Assembly: GCF_006345805.1 (NCBI RefSeq) | Contig: NC_043004.1 | Span: 6,324,001-6,388,000, forward strand | Source of the DNA: Octopus sinensis | Lineage: Eukaryota | DNA: 64,000 nucleotides | Direction of reading: 5' to 3' | Part shown: one piece after another, positions 61,511-64,000 of the stretch | Position numbering within the stretch: position 1 is the first letter of the stretch | Layout: each line of letters begins with the position of its first letter | The notes under the pieces: model-generated | Told to the model about the DNA's origin: nothing | The model's input: only the letters and a program-made list of their open reading frames with translations | Databases searched by the model: none | Position numbers and translations under genes: made by a program

Positions 61511-62630
61511 AAAGATTATTGTGCATGTGTGTGAGTCTGCTTTCTGTCCTTGCATCAGTTTGCTGGATTGTCACCAAATTCAGTCATATCTATTTCAGAA
61601 TTATTTCCATCTTCAACACATTCAGCAGAACCATGCCTCACTTTGACATTTTATTTCTATTTGATTCCTATTATTGGATGCCATTCTTATCACCAACCAT
61701 TTCACAGAGAGTATTGCATACATCTCATCGTAACACCAGCATTAGAGATATTGTCATTACTTTGTCAAAACAGGAGTAAAGAGTTGTCACTCTTCAATTT
61801 AGTCTCTGTTTGTTTACCAACCATTCTTTGTAGTGTTCAAGGCACATGTTATCCAGTGTTAGGAAGAGTAAGGTTGCATGTACACTGCAAAACTGAAAGG
61901 AATCCTAACTATTTTACATTCTGTCTATTTGTTCATTCTTTCAGGGTAACATGATTTAATAGAGAGAGTAAAAGAGAAGATGATTGAAGATGAACTAGAG
62001 TAGGAGGGAAAAGGAAAAAAAATACAATGATAGGGAGGGGGATTGATGCAGGTGATGGTGTGTAAAAGAAGTAATAAGAGAGACAGATGTAGAGGAGTGA
62101 GGGAAAGAGGTAGTGAAGGCTGGGTTTACTGAGAGGCAGTAATGGATGAGCAACAGGAGGAGGTAGCAAACGCAGGGTTTAATGAGGGAAAGACACTAAT
62201 AGCAGCATCACATTTTCAAATATATAAAGCATGCAAGGGATAGCTAGTTATAGAAATGGCCTGAGGTAAAAAGATGTGATGGATGCTAGTTAGTAACGAG
62301 TGGTCTGAGAGAAGTGAAGTAACCGGAAGCAGTATAGAAGTGAATAGTAATATTGGCTGGAGAGGGAGAGCATGGGCCATGGATGGTCAAGATGGCAATG
62401 GAAAGAAAGTGCAGAATGTCAATATTAGAGTGGGGGGGGAAGGTAGTACAGAGGGATAAATGGGGAGGTATATTGGATACCAAAAGTGCCCATGCAATCC
62501 CTTGCTATTTTGTCATTGTAATGGGAGAGAAACAATAATGGTAGTGATATGCTTGCTGGTGAGAGAACGAGTGAATGAATGGTAGTTAGTTGCAGAAATG
62601 ATCAGTGGTAACAGTGTGATGGGCCACATA

Positions 62631-62937
62631 CAGTGGCATAGCTAGAGTGTATGCATAAGCTCAGGAACAGGGTGTGCAGGAGGTGTAAGCACCCCACTAA
62701 AATTTGGGGGTGGGAGCAATAAAAATGCTTTGAACATCTTGGGTTGGACCTGGATTTTGCACCCCTAAGAAAATTCTGTTCCCACACTTATGAGTGTGTG
62801 TGTGTGTTGCAAAGGGAAACCTCCACCCCTCCTGTACAGCCTATACAGGCTCATACAACAGACCCCAATTTGCAGCCCTCATAAAAGCAGTACCTGAGGC
62901 AGACCATCTACCCTCATCTCATCTAGCTGTGCTACTA
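62631..62937. mobile_element. Possible PIF/Harbinger-like MITE
   Basis: CAGTGGCATAGCTAG / CTAGCTGTGCTACTA degenerate TIRs. Confidence 0.4.
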
Positions 62938-63109
62938 GTAGTATGACGTCGTGAAAAGGCAGTGGGGAGCATTAGAAAGAAAATAGGGTGTCAAGCAGAC
63001 AAGAGAGACAACAGGTGGAGACTTAACAGGAGCAAATCAGGCAAAAGCCTAGATGTAGGTATATTATGTATCCCAACTTCCATCACTGCCCTCACTCATT
63101 TTAACATAC

Positions 63110-63410
63110 ATTCACCAAATTCCCACAGCTGGCCATGTCTTCTCCGGTACTGTGCATCACCAATGAACCTAGAGATCAGTCTTCACCATTTCATCCAAAT
63201 CTTCCTAGGTGTCTCTCTTCAACAGATACAATTCATTTTGAACACATGGCATTTCCTTATTCAGCTGTCTTTCTCCAAACACATCACATGTCTATATCAA
63301 TGCAGTCTTCTCTCTTATAGACTGCACCTGATTCCTCTTACGCCCAGATTTTCTCTTACCTTATTTGAACTCCAGTATTCTAGCACAATGATAATAAACA
63401 TCCAACAAAA
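63110..63410 (-). mobile_element. Degenerate RTE LINE ORF C-terminal fragment
   Basis: Minus-strand VRENLGVRGIRCSL*ERRLH*YRHVMCLEKDS*IRKC...RETPRKIW matches the RTE RRLRWYGHV/GRPRKTW motifs. Confidence 0.75.
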
Positions 63411-63899
63411 CATGTAAATCTCTTTTCTTTCATATCTTAAGAAATCCTTTGTATTCATTGTTAATACTTTGGGTTTGGATACATAAACAAAGCTTCATCT
63501 TTTAGAAATGTTCCATGAAGTGAACATCAAGATATTTGTCTACAATTAAGAATATTCCTTTTCTTCAAAATAAAGGAAGAAAATGACCAACTACAACATA
63601 GAAAAGAAGAATACCTTTAGGAATTCTAAGTTTGAAACTAAACCAGAAAGAGTCAACACTGTTACTAAAAATAGCTTCCTCTATGCAGATTACTCCATAA
63701 CATGTGTTTTTGAAAAGCTGTAAACAGTGAAAGCACTTACACACTATGAACGCTTTTTTCTAAAAGACTTGCATCATTCAGTTTTTTTTTTGAGATTTCT
63801 TTTTATATAATTAATAAGTTTTAATTTCAGAAAATATTTCCTCAAGTATTATGACTACATCAATAATTCTTTCTAAAACATTTTTTAAATATACGCAAG

Positions 63900-64000
63900 G
63901 ATGACTGTCTGGTTTAGTAGTTTACTTTGCAGCCGCATGGTTTTGGTTTCAGTCCCACAGCACAACACCTTCAGCAGGTGTTTTCTATTATAGGCCTGGA
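63900..64000 (+). mobile_element. SINE family A head (cut by window end)
   Basis: GGTTTCAGTCCCAC..CACCTT..GTGTTTTCTATTATAG. Confidence 0.65.

Noticed and set aside
61960-62600. Purine-rich strand-biased tract suggesting an old L2-like LINE on the minus strand
   Set aside because: Compositional bias only; no RT or endonuclease motif was recoverable

Overview
AT-rich, repeat-dense animal genomic DNA, most likely an octopod cephalopod (inferred from the tRNA-derived SINE families, RTE/CR1 LINE tails and heavy (TA)n/(CA)n load; not confirmed by search). No intact cellular protein-coding ORF is recognisable, and nearly all ORF-track entries are microsatellite or SINE read-through. The window holds more than 40 SINE copies from about 5 modular families, RTE and CR1 LINE fragments (one CR1 fragment has an open 241-aa RT C-terminus), a full-length dead Tc1/mariner of DD41D (rosa-like) type, an internally deleted mariner, hAT/piggyBac/Tc1/Harbinger-like MITEs and a non-autonomous Helitron. 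A probable minus-strand promoter and first exon lie at about 60.2-60.4 kb (ETS-CRE, TATA-like, AP-1, GTGAGT donor), so most of the window may be intron. The main observation is a set of sequence-unrelated short elements, each in or beside (TA)n tracts, each carrying a minimal type I hammerhead ribozyme motif with a (near-)palindromic helix III. They occur as a tandem dimer (2.8-3.2 kb), a terminally redundant 471-nt monomer (11.4-11.9 kb), a motif split by a CR1 insertion (21.2/22.0 kb), and two adjacent head-to-head inverted pairs (26.2-26.4 kb; and a 376-bp palindrome at 26.5-26.8 kb with a U3-A8 core variant). This resembles a diverse Penelope-like/retrozyme system. Folds were derived by eye, ribozyme activity is untested, and novelty cannot be established without a database search. 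Repeat boundaries are approximate unless a TSD/TIR is quoted.
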